From the NCBI GenBank assembly GCA_003649205.1, contig QMRC01000013.1, positions 1 through 55,434 on the forward strand: a stretch of 55,434 nt of DNA, in the 5' to 3' direction. The notes beneath the pieces were generated by a model. It was given only the letters and a program-made list of their open reading frames with translations. It searched no databases and was not told the origin of the DNA. Positions within the stretch are counted from its first letter, which is position 1, and every line of letters starts with the position of its first letter. Origin of the DNA: Thermoprotei archaeon. GTDB taxonomy: Archaea > Thermoproteota > Thermoprotei > Thermoproteales > B15-G16. A program made the position numbers and the translations under genes. Positions 18,760 through 29,109 of the stretch are shown here, in pieces.

Positions 18760-18789
18760 CTAAGTTGTAGGGACGTGGTTACGTACTTA

Positions 18790-19620
18790 TCAGTACCTCA
18801 ATTCTAGTACTCTCCTAAGGGTTTCAACTCCGGTCCTCACCATCTCTTCATACGTTGGGTAGGGTATACACTCAATACTGAGGTAGTCACTGTACCCTAC
18901 TGCGATAAGTCTATAGATTATTCTCTCCCAATCTAGCATACCCATACCTGGTGCTAGTCTGTTGTTTTCAGCTACGTGTACATAACCTATGTACTCTCTA
19001 GCTCTGGCAATAGCATCGTATGGACTTTTCTCCTCTATTGTGGAGTGGTAGGTATCGAGTAGTAGCTTAACTCTGGGGCTACCGATTGACTTAATGAACT
19101 CTATGGTCTCATCAAGCTTGTTCAGTATATCCGTTTCGTAGTGATTTATTGGTTCTACCAGTAGTGTTGTTCCATAGCCATTAGTTCTCTTCAGTATCTC
19201 CTCGATGCTGCTTCTCAGTATGTTTAGTACCTCTTCTCTTGACCTACCTTCACTTCGACCACGAGCTAGACCAATGACAACTCTATTGTACTTACTCAAT
19301 CTATGAGCAATCTCACAGTACTTCACAAAGAACTCTATTGACTTCTTACGTAGTTCCTCACTTGGATGTGTTAAGCTGTACCCGTACTCTACGTATGATA
19401 GTCCCGTTGAGAGAGCAGATAGTTCAAGACCGTAATCACTCAACTTCTTCTCCAGCTCAGTAACGTTAACCTCAAAGGGGTTGGGGATGTTGAGCTCAAT
19501 ACCGTTAATCCCCACTTCACTAGCTAGCTTAAGTACATTCTCGAGGGGTGCTACTATAGCTGCTTTGAATTTAGTCTTAGGTACTAGTGCATACACTACG
19601 GAGAGCTTCATCAATAACAC
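18790..19620 (-). CDS. iolO: Ketose 3-epimerase family protein, probable 5-keto-L-gluconate epimerase (IolO-like)
   Basis: EPINHYET, LLDTYH, YVHVAENNRLAPGMG, YLSIE; adjacent to the IolN-like gene. Confidence 0.7.
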   Translation of the reverse strand: MLLMKLSVVYALVPKTKFKAAIVAPLENVLKLASEVGINGIELNIPNPFEVNVTELEKKLSDYGLELSALSTGLSYVEYGYSLTHPSEELRKKSIEFFVKYCEIAHRLSKYNRVVIGLARGRSEGRSREEVLNILRSSIEEILKRTNGYGTTLLVEPINHYETDILNKLDETIEFIKSIGSPRVKLLLDTYHSTIEEKSPYDAIARAREYIGYVHVAENNRLAPGMGMLDWERIIYRLIAVGYSDYLSIECIPYPTYEEMVRTGVETLRRVLELRY

Positions 19621-19657
19621 CTAATGTGGGTGAGTAAGGGAAAAGAGAAGAAGGATT

Positions 19658-20635
19658 TTACTTAGTAACTTCTATCGGTTCTACCCATTCCTTTGGTTTG
19701 TTGTAGAAGTAATCCTCGATCTCAATCCATGTCCTTGGTATCTTTCCTGGTGGGTACGTCTTCTTTAACCACTCAATGAACTCAACCATTCTCTTTACAC
19801 AGGTCTCAACAATTACCTTACCCTTCTCTGGTGATGCTTTTTCAGGCCAACCGACGAAGCCCTTGGGGTAGTAGAATAGTTCTGGCGCGTGACTTACGTC
19901 GTACCAGTTAAATGGCTTGTCTGGAAATACGTTACCAGCTGCATTCACGTACTTTGCAGGTATTATCCTAACTACGCCCCATCTCCCTTCCTTCTTAAGC
20001 GTCTCTACATCCACAAGTTCCGGTGCCACATACCATGTAACGCTAGTCTCTACCTCATCTGCGTGTATGAATGGTGTTTCAAGTTTTACTCCGGGTGCAA
20101 TCTCCTCTCCTGTACCTGCTTTCCTGAGTAGATCCTGTACCCAGGACCACCAACTCGTAACTAGAATTAGAGCGTGGACACCCTTCTCTATTATTGCTAC
20201 GTCCTTAGCTATTGGTAGTACGTACTCCTGTCCATGGCTATTCAGAACGATTATCTTCTTGAAACCTGCATTGCTAAGCCACCTAATTACATCTGATACG
20301 TACTCTATGAGTGTTGTTGCTCTTACAGGTATTGTACCTGGTAGACCATAGTGATGACTTGGGTGACTACCGTAGAATATTGGTGGTGCAACTGTGACAC
20401 CTGTTTCGTATGCAACTCTCTCAGCAATTGATACACCAATTATTGTGTCTTCTCCAAGTGGTGCAAAGGGTCCATGACACTCAACTGAACCTACTGGGAG
20501 TATCACTATATCGCATTCCTTAACTCTCTCTTCGAGTTCCTTCCTAGTCATTTGGTCAAGGTATATCTTTTTACCGAATCTGTTTAGAATAGGTTTTCCA
20601 AATCTTTCACTAAGTGGGGTATTCATTGTAGTCAC
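19658..20635 (-). CDS. iolN: Creatininase family protein, probable 3-dehydro-scyllo-inosose hydrolase
   Basis: PVGSVECHG...GEDT, YGSHPSHHYGLPGTI, NSHGQEY, ETPFIHADEVETS. Confidence 0.82.
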   Translation of the reverse strand: MTTMNTPLSERFGKPILNRFGKKIYLDQMTRKELEERVKECDIVILPVGSVECHGPFAPLGEDTIIGVSIAERVAYETGVTVAPPIFYGSHPSHHYGLPGTIPVRATTLIEYVSDVIRWLSNAGFKKIIVLNSHGQEYVLPIAKDVAIIEKGVHALILVTSWWSWVQDLLRKAGTGEEIAPGVKLETPFIHADEVETSVTWYVAPELVDVETLKKEGRWGVVRIIPAKYVNAAGNVFPDKPFNWYDVSHAPELFYYPKGFVGWPEKASPEKGKVIVETCVKRMVEFIEWLKKTYPPGKIPRTWIEIEDYFYNKPKEWVEPIEVTK

Positions 20636-20687
20636 GGCTAAATAAATATTTTCTAGATGTCTAAATCAGTTTTCCTGAGGTGGTTAG

Positions 20688-21701
20688 GTGAAGAAAATTG
20701 GTGTAGCAATTATTGGTCTTGGTAGAATTGGTAGAGTTCATGCTGAGGTCTTCATGGCTCATGTAGAGAATGCTAGGTTAGTGGCTGTAGCCGATGCGGT
20801 TGAGGAGTTAGCTAGGTCTGTAGGTGAGAGATTTGGTGTTAAGTGGTATAAGGACTACGATACTCTACTGAAGGATCCTGAAGTAGATGCAGTAGTCATA
20901 TGTACACCGACATTCCTCCATGCTGAGATGATCATTAAGGCGGCTGAAGCAGGTAAGCACATCTTCTGTGAAAAGCCGATGACAGTGACCTCCGATGAGG
21001 CGAAGAGAGTTATATCAGCTGTTGAGAAGGCTGGTGTAAAGCTGATGGTTGGTTACATGAGGAGATTTGATGAAGCTTACTTAAATGCTAAGAAACTCAT
21101 TGAAGAGGGTAAGATAGGTAGACCGATAATGTTCATTAGCATAGCTAGGGATCCAGCACCACCGCCTGGTTGGGCAGCTGATCCAAAGCTTAGTGGTGGT
21201 ATATTCCTAGATATGCTATCACATGACTTCGATATGGCTAGGTGGCTCATAGGTTCAGAGGTTAAGGAAGTGTACGTACATGGTGGAGTCTACATGTTTC
21301 CAGAGGAGATAGGTAAGAAGGGTGATCTAGATGTTGTATCGATAAGTTTCAAGTTTGAGAATGGTGTTCTAGGGTACATACATGGTACGAGGAAGAATGT
21401 GTACGGTTACGACCTTAGAACAGAGATCTACGGTACTGATGGAATAATCTACGTAGGTGCAAGAGAGAACAATCTCTTCTCCTATGGTAGACCTGATGGA
21501 TTAGTGTTCCTCGGTGTTAAGTGGTTTGAGAAGAGATTCTACGACGCATACATAGCAGAGGATAGGCACTTCATAGAGTGTGTAATTGAGGATAAGACAC
21601 CTCTGATAACGGGTAACGATGGTTTAAGAGCTGTACAGATAGCTGAAGCTTGTTGGAGATCATATAGAGAGGGAAGACCTGTCACAGTAAGTTACGAGTA
21701 G
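20688..21701 (+). CDS. iolG: myo-inositol 2-dehydrogenase (Gfo/Idh/MocA family)
   Basis: GLGRIG, CEKP, GYMRRFD, SGGIFLDMLSHDFD, YGYDLRTE. Confidence 0.85.
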   Translation: MKKIGVAIIGLGRIGRVHAEVFMAHVENARLVAVADAVEELARSVGERFGVKWYKDYDTLLKDPEVDAVVICTPTFLHAEMIIKAAEAGKHIFCEKPMTVTSDEAKRVISAVEKAGVKLMVGYMRRFDEAYLNAKKLIEEGKIGRPIMFISIARDPAPPPGWAADPKLSGGIFLDMLSHDFDMARWLIGSEVKEVYVHGGVYMFPEEIGKKGDLDVVSISFKFENGVLGYIHGTRKNVYGYDLRTEIYGTDGIIYVGARENNLFSYGRPDGLVFLGVKWFEKRFYDAYIAEDRHFIECVIEDKTPLITGNDGLRAVQIAEACWRSYREGRPVTVSYE

Positions 21702-21777
21702 TGCAGTAAAGATGGTGAGTAAGATTAGGTAAGAGAAGGTAAAAAGAATAGTGTGCTCTTTCCTACTTCCTACACTA

Positions 21778-23238
21778 CTAAGCTATGTGTATCGTTCTCC
21801 ACCTTATAGCATTGTTCACGTAACCTAGCTTAGTTAGGAACCTAGTTAGTAAGTGCGCTAGCTCACGTTCATATGCCTTTCTAAGTTCTTCATCCTCTCT
21901 ATAGAGCTCTAGTACCTTCTCTCTTAGATACCTGAACCCCCTACTATCCCTAACTGTCTGGAATAGGAAGAAGTAGTGCCTGAAGAAGTCTGCTCTTGGA
22001 TCCATTTCCTCTCTGAGACCCTTTCTAACCTCATCCTCATACCTCCTCAACATCTGCTCTAACTCAGGTGAGTATAGGTAACCTCTCTTCTCAACTTCCT
22101 TAATCAAGTAATCGTGTACAGTGCTGAAGATCTCCTCGTAGAGAGTTCTAGGTCTTGAACCTCTTGGGAATCTAGCCATGACCTCGAGTAGTAGCTGAAT
22201 GAAGATGCCAGACACTTTGTACTTAACAAGTCCACTAGTTGCATCACGAACTGTTTCCCAAACACCAATACCCTTGTCGCTGTATGGATGAGCACCACTA
22301 CCTGAGTGAATTGACAGTAAGGTACCGAATGACTTAGCTACGGTACTCAATACCTCCAACCTCTCTCTTAACTCACCTAGTTCACCGGCATAGTCCTCAC
22401 GTTTCCTAAACCCTACGTTTGGTGCTATGAAGTTAATGTTGAGACCTCTGTCTCTTAACTCATTGAGGTAGAACACTAAGTCCTTTACAGGAGTTAACTC
22501 AGGTAACTCATCGAGAGCTACCTCAAGACCTACAGGACCTAGGTATGTCTCAACTAAGCTGTATACCTTCTCAACGTACTCAATACTCTTGAGGTACTTC
22601 AGAGCTAATCTAGCTACATCAATCCTACTGAACTTAACCTCAATACAGTACTCAGGCCCGAGAAAAGTGAAGACCTTACCAATATACTTCTTCTCGAGAC
22701 TCCTCCTAACGTCTTCAGGTACCTCACTCTCGTACCTAGCAAGAACCTCACTCTCACTCAACTTATCAACACCGAGATCAACGAGTTCACAGGTATCTAC
22801 TGTAACAAACTCAACACCACCAACCTCCTTAGCTTCCTTCATCTCCTTCTCAATGTAGTTCAGAGACTCACGAATTTCCTCATCAGTAAGACCATACTCG
22901 AAAGCAGCACCACTAATCCTCTTAATAGCTCTCTCCGGCGACGCCATTAACGATACGTGATCAGCCTCAATTTCAACGACCACAGAGTATAGGTCAGATA
23001 GCTTTCTAGCCTTAGAGATGTACTCCTTAATCGAGGTTCCTGTATGTCCCTTCAGGAAATCCCTTGGATTTAGCGATGCTATGACATCTTCAGGACCAGT
23101 CTCTCTATGGTATGACAACATGATATTGGCAACAACGTTAAGCTCCTTAAAGATCCTGTACATAGTAGGCAGCACTACATCAGGTAACCTCACACCAAAT
23201 CCAGGTCTCGGAGTCAATCCAAGGTACCTACTAGGCAT
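21778..23238 (-). CDS. uxaE: Tagaturonate/fructuronate epimerase (UxaE family)
   Basis: EADHV, EVALDE..T, FIAPNVGFRKREDY, LSIHSGS, KYKVSG. Confidence 0.82.
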   Translation of the reverse strand: MPSRYLGLTPRPGFGVRLPDVVLPTMYRIFKELNVVANIMLSYHRETGPEDVIASLNPRDFLKGHTGTSIKEYISKARKLSDLYSVVVEIEADHVSLMASPERAIKRISGAAFEYGLTDEEIRESLNYIEKEMKEAKEVGGVEFVTVDTCELVDLGVDKLSESEVLARYESEVPEDVRRSLEKKYIGKVFTFLGPEYCIEVKFSRIDVARLALKYLKSIEYVEKVYSLVETYLGPVGLEVALDELPELTPVKDLVFYLNELRDRGLNINFIAPNVGFRKREDYAGELGELRERLEVLSTVAKSFGTLLSIHSGSGAHPYSDKGIGVWETVRDATSGLVKYKVSGIFIQLLLEVMARFPRGSRPRTLYEEIFSTVHDYLIKEVEKRGYLYSPELEQMLRRYEDEVRKGLREEMDPRADFFRHYFFLFQTVRDSRGFRYLREKVLELYREDEELRKAYERELAHLLTRFLTKLGYVNNAIRWRTIHIA

Positions 23239-23418
23239 AGACTATACCTCCTCTACATGCGTAATCAAGCTCACTAATATTAGTTGAACCCTCAAAAACT
23301 ATCAAGAGGTTGCAGTATCGATGCTGGGAACTAACTACTACTATGTAGGTAGACTCTGAGCTACACTAAATGAGTATCCTTAAATAGCTGTATAGTAACC
23401 TCTCTAGGGGGTGGTATC

Positions 23419-24597
23419 ATGCCAGAGAAGATGCTAGCAGCTGTTCTACATGGCGAGTGGGTTCCAAGACCTGGCTACAAACCTACTCCAGAAGAAGAGA
23501 AAACAAGGAAAGCAAAACACGGTAGTAGGGTGTGGAAGAATCCAACACTGAAGCTAGAGGAGATTGAGAGGCCAAAACCTGGTCCAAGGCAGGTAGTCAT
23601 TAGGGTTAAGGCCTGTGGTATCTGTGGTAGCGATGTTCACATGTACGAGAAGGATGAAGAGGGCTACATGCTGTATCCCGGTATGGTGAGGTTACCAGTA
23701 GTCATAGGTCACGAGCTATCGGGTGAAATAGTTGAGGTTGGTAGTGAGGTAACAGAGCTAAAGCCAGGTGATGCTGTTACCTGTGTAGAGATGTGGTACT
23801 GTGGTGAGTGTGTTAACTGTAGGAGAGGTTACTTCGATCACTGTATCAATCTAGAGGAGATGGGATTTACGAAGAATGGTGGATTTGCTGAGTACCTAGT
23901 TGTAGATGCTAAGTACTGTTGGAAGATTGATGAGTTCCTAAACGTGTACAGGAGCGAGGACAAGATGTACGAAGCAGGTTCACTAATTGAGCCATTTAGC
24001 GTAGCGTATAAGGCAATGTTCATTAGAGCAGGTGGGTTCCTACCAGGTGGATACGTAGTCGTGTACGGTTGTGGACCAATCGGACTAGCATGTATAATGC
24101 TAGCTAAGGCTGCTGGTGCAGGTAAGGTAATTGCATTCGAGGTAATACCAGAGAGAGCAGAGTTAGCTAAGCAGGTTGGTGCAGATTACGTATTTAATCC
24201 AATTGAGCTAGAGAAGCAAGGTAAGTCGATTCACGAAGTAGTACTAGACGTAACTGGTGGCGTAGGTGCTGATCTACAGGTAGAAGCAGCAGGATACCCA
24301 CCACTAATAACAGAGATGGAGAAGTGCCTATCAGTAGGAGGTAAGATTACCTGGATTGGTAGAGCTGATAGAGAAGCACCAACATGGTTTGAGTACTTCC
24401 AGATAAGGAGCGGACAGATCTACGGTTCACAAGGACACGTAGACTACGCACCATTCATGTGGGTAATTAGATTGATAGCAAGTGGAAGGATAGATCCAAC
24501 GAAGATCATTACAGCAAGGTACAAGCTATCAGAAGTGCTACAGGCAATGGAAAGAGCAAGACTTAGAAAGGACGCAAAGATCACAATTAAGCCATAG
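23419..24597 (+). CDS. iolM: scyllo-inosose 3-dehydrogenase (Zn-dependent MDR)
   Basis: W.PRPGY..GSRVWKNP N-terminus, CGICGSD, YMLYPG..PVVIGHE, CGECVNC, GSQGH. Confidence 0.87.
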   Translation: MPEKMLAAVLHGEWVPRPGYKPTPEEEKTRKAKHGSRVWKNPTLKLEEIERPKPGPRQVVIRVKACGICGSDVHMYEKDEEGYMLYPGMVRLPVVIGHELSGEIVEVGSEVTELKPGDAVTCVEMWYCGECVNCRRGYFDHCINLEEMGFTKNGGFAEYLVVDAKYCWKIDEFLNVYRSEDKMYEAGSLIEPFSVAYKAMFIRAGGFLPGGYVVVYGCGPIGLACIMLAKAAGAGKVIAFEVIPERAELAKQVGADYVFNPIELEKQGKSIHEVVLDVTGGVGADLQVEAAGYPPLITEMEKCLSVGGKITWIGRADREAPTWFEYFQIRSGQIYGSQGHVDYAPFMWVIRLIASGRIDPTKIITARYKLSEVLQAMERARLRKDAKITIKP

Positions 24598-24697
24598 TAG
24601 CTTCACTACCTTGTTCCTTATAGAAAAGAGAAATTATTGTTCTTTATTTCCTAAATCCTCACTCATGATCCAGTGCTCTAGCGTTAGCTCAACAGTT

Positions 24698-24725
24698 CTA
24701 AGTAGGTTAATATATACCTACTTAG
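24698..24725. promoter_or_regulatory. Inverted repeat CTAAGTAGGT-N8-ACCTACTTAG, candidate operator
   Basis: Perfect 10-bp arms about 20 nt upstream of the CTTATATA TATA box of the 722-aa gene. Confidence 0.5.
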
Positions 24726-24800
24726 GTTATCAATGGTAGTAATCCTTATATACACACCTCCGAAAACTATAGTGCAGTACATGTGAGGTGTTAATACTCC

Positions 24801-26969
24801 ATGGTAAGTCTTACACTAGACTACATTAGGGAAGTTATTGAGAGATCAAGACCAGAGAAGTTGACGTTACCAGTACCACCACGAACAGATCACGCTGATC
24901 ACATAGTTAAGTCAGCACTTGCTGGTCACACGAAGCTAGCTGCTGATCACATCCTGTACCCAGAGATGGTTGGTAAGCTATATGACGTCATTGGAGCAGC
25001 CATAAGACAGCTGAACCTAGAGTTCGTTGCTGCTAGGATAAGGGATACAGACGGTAAAGAAGAAATCGAAAGAAAGATAGTGGTTAGACATCGATGTTAC
25101 GATGTCTTGCTTGAAATAGCGTTTAATCTATTTGGTATTGAGAGTAGGAAGGTTGGTTTTAGCAGTGATGAGGTAGAGAAATCACTTAGAGCTATCTACA
25201 GCATATTAAAGAGGTGGGAAGAGATTGAGAGGAAGGAATACGGTAGTGCGCTCATTGCTAAAGCAACTATTGAGGAGCAGCTAAGGTCTATGAAGATAGT
25301 GAATAAGGGCAACAGCATGCTCGCATACATGGCGAATGAGGTTGAGAAGCAACTTGATGAGAATAACCTACTTGAGAGCTATCTAAATGCAATGAGAAAG
25401 CAGTTCGAGACTAACATCTACTATGTGGCTACGTTGAAAGGAATGTGTAAGTTCGGTAATGACTATGCACTAGGTCTAAGGTGGTTGAGACATCTAGGCT
25501 ATGTACAGGTATCGACTAATCCGGTACTAGCCGCTAGAGCATACGATGATGACCCAAGACTGTGGGAACTATTCAAGGAACATGCAAGAGATGTACTCGT
25601 TAAGGAGCATCCCGAGTGGTTCAGGGAACCTGAGAAGTACGCTGATGACATAGCTATGGAAGCGACTAGATTCGCACTCATGGATAACTTCCTAGTGTTC
25701 AGACCAGTGTTCTTCTGGTCTAAGTACCACGATGGTCTAGTGAGCTACCAGTTAAATCCATTAATTGCTCACGATGCTGAGAAGAGTGTTGAGGCAGCAC
25801 TAACCTTCTACATGAGGACACAGAAGGACTTGAAGGTATACGATGAGTACCTACTTTGGGGCTACACGACAGTTACTGAGAAGGGTAGACCAAACATAGT
25901 GATTAAGGTAGCTGCTGCATATCCAGCAGCAATAGAGATTGCTGAGAGATTGAACGAGCTAGGTATTGGTCAGAACATTACAGTGAGCTACACAGTAGCT
26001 CAAGAAGTACTAATTGGCGTAGCAGCAATGAGAGGCATGGCTAAGGCAATTAAGGCGGGAATCCTAGTGACACAGACATACGACACTAACATGGGTGGTA
26101 GACTTGAGGATCACCTAAGAGAGACTATAGCAACTGACCTACTGCTAAAGGGCTTAGAGAAAGTTGATGAGAAGAAGAGAGAAGCAATACTTGAGAAGCT
26201 AGCAAAGGCTCTAGGAGTTCCAGAGGACAAGTATGCTGAGTTGACGAAGCTACCACTTAAGGAGAGAATTGAGGTTCTATGCTCAAAGAAGATCCTAGGT
26301 AGGAACCTACTACGTGATGCATTCGTTGAAGCACTACTCGAGACAGGTGCATACGGTGATAAGGAGAGTTTAGTCAAGATGTTAAGTCAGATAGAGAACG
26401 ACCTACACCTATCGGGTACATTCGTCGCCCATAGAGTATACGAGATATTGTTTGCTCCTGGAAATAGAGAGAGGTGGATTGAGTACCTAATGAAGGAGAT
26501 AGGTGTGACGAGAGAGGAAGCTGAAATGGTGGTGGATAGAATTGACCTACTACCAGCATCAAAGAGACATCCAAGCGATACATTACTGACGTTTGCCAGG
26601 AGAAACATGACCAATACAGAGTTCCCCAATCACCAGCTAAAGGTACTACATGAAACTATGAAACCAGGATTCAGATTAGAAGACTACGAGGAGTCAGTGA
26701 TGAAGGAGCTAGATCCAAAGGTCCTAGAGAGACTAATGCAGTACGAAGACTTCGTCAAGGCATATGAAGCATCACCTGAAGTAAATGAACTATTGAAGAA
26801 GGTAGGTATTGAGCTGAAGTACGGTAATAGAGGTCTCAAAGTTGACGAATGGCCAAAGTACGGACCATGTGTAAAGACGATGAAGGAGTTCACTGAAGGA
26901 TACCTCAAGTTTAGAGATAAGTGTGTACAAGTGATTAAGGAGCTAGCTAAGGAACTAGGTACAGCCTAA
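24801..26969 (+). CDS. Large transaldolase/FSA-fold class I aldolase with ~210-aa N-terminal extension
   Basis: GND, STNP, VSYQL, NIVIKV (Schiff-base Lys), NITVSY, GGR, ASKR. Confidence 0.85.
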   Translation: MVSLTLDYIREVIERSRPEKLTLPVPPRTDHADHIVKSALAGHTKLAADHILYPEMVGKLYDVIGAAIRQLNLEFVAARIRDTDGKEEIERKIVVRHRCYDVLLEIAFNLFGIESRKVGFSSDEVEKSLRAIYSILKRWEEIERKEYGSALIAKATIEEQLRSMKIVNKGNSMLAYMANEVEKQLDENNLLESYLNAMRKQFETNIYYVATLKGMCKFGNDYALGLRWLRHLGYVQVSTNPVLAARAYDDDPRLWELFKEHARDVLVKEHPEWFREPEKYADDIAMEATRFALMDNFLVFRPVFFWSKYHDGLVSYQLNPLIAHDAEKSVEAALTFYMRTQKDLKVYDEYLLWGYTTVTEKGRPNIVIKVAAAYPAAIEIAERLNELGIGQNITVSYTVAQEVLIGVAAMRGMAKAIKAGILVTQTYDTNMGGRLEDHLRETIATDLLLKGLEKVDEKKREAILEKLAKALGVPEDKYAELTKLPLKERIEVLCSKKILGRNLLRDAFVEALLETGAYGDKESLVKMLSQIENDLHLSGTFVAHRVYEILFAPGNRERWIEYLMKEIGVTREEAEMVVDRIDLLPASKRHPSDTLLTFARRNMTNTEFPNHQLKVLHETMKPGFRLEDYEESVMKELDPKVLERLMQYEDFVKAYEASPEVNELLKKVGIELKYGNRGLKVDEWPKYGPCVKTMKEFTEGYLKFRDKCVQVIKELAKELGTA

Positions 26970-27104
26970 TCCTCTACCCCTAACTCTTTTCTCAATACAT
27001 AGATCTAATCACCTATGTTGAACTCATTTGGTATATAGTGTATATGGGGTACCTACAGGTAAACTTATATCTTTATGATCTCCATTTAACTTATCGGTGA
27101 TTTC

Positions 27105-28118
27105 ATGCAGAAACCGAAACTATACGTGACTAGGGAAATATTTGAAGACATACTCAAGAAACTCGAACAGTACTACGAAATTGAGGTATGGGACAAGTAC
27201 TACCCACCACCATACGAAGTACTCCTAGAGAAAGCTAAGCAAGCAGATGCACTACTTACAATGCTCACAGATAGGATAGATGCAAATCTCCTACAGCAAG
27301 CAAAGAAGTTAAGAATTGTAGCTCAGATGGCTGTTGGATTTGATAACATAGACATCAATACAGCAACAAAACTAGGTGTGTATGTGACGAATACACCTGG
27401 AGTACTAACAGAGGCTGTTGCTGAGTTAACTTGGGCTCTCATACTAGCTGTTGCTAGGAGGATTGTCGAAGCAGATCACTTCGTTAGGTGGGGTGAATGG
27501 TCAAGGACAAAGACAGGCTGGCACCCACTAATGATGCTTGGTGCTGAGCTTAAGGGTAAGGTACTTGGAATCATAGGACTAGGTAGGATAGGTTCAAGAG
27601 TTGCTGAGATAGCAGTTAAAGGTTTTGGCATGAAGGTAATTTACTACGATGTCGTCCGTAGGGAAGACCTAGAGAAGCAACTTGGTATTGAGTATAGAGA
27701 CCTCGATACATTACTACAGGAAGCAGACATCGTATCAATACACGTACCTCTGACAAAGGAGACGTACCACATGATCAATGAGGAGAAGCTGAGGAAGATG
27801 AAGAAGGGTGCAATACTCATAAATACAGCTAGAGGCAAGGTCGTTGATACGGAAGCACTGATAAAGGCTCTAAGAGAGGGTTGGATTGCAGGAGCAGGTC
27901 TAGATGTATTCGAAGAGGAACCACTACCGCCACATCATCCACTAACAGCATTCAAGAACGTGGTACTCGTACCACACATAGGTAGTGCCACGTACGAAAC
28001 AAGACATGCTATGGCAGAGCTAGTGGCTGAAAACCTAATAGCATTTTATGAAGGTAGAGTACCACCAACGCTAGTGAATAAGGATGTAGTTAAGGTCAGA
28101 CCACCAGGCTTCAAGTAA
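27105..28118 (+). CDS. gyaR: Glyoxylate/hydroxypyruvate reductase
   Basis: AVGFDNID, TNTPGVLT, GLGRIG, INTARG, GLDVFEEEP, PHIGSAT. Confidence 0.92.
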   Translation: MQKPKLYVTREIFEDILKKLEQYYEIEVWDKYYPPPYEVLLEKAKQADALLTMLTDRIDANLLQQAKKLRIVAQMAVGFDNIDINTATKLGVYVTNTPGVLTEAVAELTWALILAVARRIVEADHFVRWGEWSRTKTGWHPLMMLGAELKGKVLGIIGLGRIGSRVAEIAVKGFGMKVIYYDVVRREDLEKQLGIEYRDLDTLLQEADIVSIHVPLTKETYHMINEEKLRKMKKGAILINTARGKVVDTEALIKALREGWIAGAGLDVFEEEPLPPHHPLTAFKNVVLVPHIGSATYETRHAMAELVAENLIAFYEGRVPPTLVNKDVVKVRPPGFK

Positions 28119-28189
28119 GGTACTGACAAATCCCTTCTCACTCTACCTCCTTTTAAGAACAAGACTCTCTTCTCTAGGATTAAACCTAG

Positions 28190-28918
28190 GTGATGGATGT
28201 GTTGATCGAGGTGCTTGCTAATAAGTACTCGTATGTAATCTACGTGGATAGGTATGCTGATGAATTTAGGAAATACCTACCATTTCGCTCACGTGCTCAC
28301 GTATGGAAAGAGGAGGTGTACTTCGAGACACCTATCGTATTGGGTAATAGAGCAGATACCTACTTGATAGAACTTGGTGAGGTCTACTACTGGCCTCCTG
28401 GTAAAGCTCTTTGTCTCTTCTATGGATTCTCAGAACCGTATACACCAGTCCTCCGTATTGGGTACATAGTAGGTCCTCTTCACTACCTTCGTGAGGTAAG
28501 TGAGGGTACTGAGCTAGAGGTGCGAGAACACAGTATCGATTCTAGGTTCAGCAGATATGTGGAGGTGCTTAAGGAGCTTGGATACTACGTTGCTACACCA
28601 ATTATCGATGGAGCGACTACAGTAGTTGCTTCAAAGGGACTTGGATTCAATAGGGTAGCATTCACCCTGTATATTGAGGAGTACGGTATTCACATTGAGT
28701 CTGAACCGCTCTTCAGATATGAGCAGAACTTGAGCACCATTAAGCTACTGCGCATGTTAAAGAACTCTGTTAAGGCGTTATCAAGGTATACACGTATTGA
28801 TCTAGATGAGATGGGTAATGTGTGCATTACCGCTGTTGCAGAGAGTGCTGATCAGTTGAACACTGTTATTAGGGAATTTGAGAAAATTTGGTCCTTCGTT
28901 GGTTCAGTTCTAAGCTGA
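28190..28918 (+). CDS. Cyclophilin-like (TM1367/DUF369) domain protein with extra C-terminal domain
   Basis: LPF...WKEEVYF...GEVYYWPPGKALCLFYG. Confidence 0.75.
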   Translation: MMDVLIEVLANKYSYVIYVDRYADEFRKYLPFRSRAHVWKEEVYFETPIVLGNRADTYLIELGEVYYWPPGKALCLFYGFSEPYTPVLRIGYIVGPLHYLREVSEGTELEVREHSIDSRFSRYVEVLKELGYYVATPIIDGATTVVASKGLGFNRVAFTLYIEEYGIHIESEPLFRYEQNLSTIKLLRMLKNSVKALSRYTRIDLDEMGNVCITAVAESADQLNTVIREFEKIWSFVGSVLS

Positions 28919-29109
28919 GTACTTCACTACTAGATCACGTATATACTCGTGAATACCACAATTAAACCTTATATAAGGCATCTTGCGCTGTTGAATACTT
29001 AAGTTACTTTACGGAGAAACCCTTATATCTTATAGTGATGTCATCTCAGCAATAAGTGATGAGAGTATTCAGGATCTGAATACTTAACTTCACCTGAGGT
29101 GGAGTCGAA

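Noticed and set aside
29030-29100. Fluoride riboswitch
   Set aside because: The GGNGAUG...CC and CUGAUG pseudoknot consensus could not be assembled on either strand
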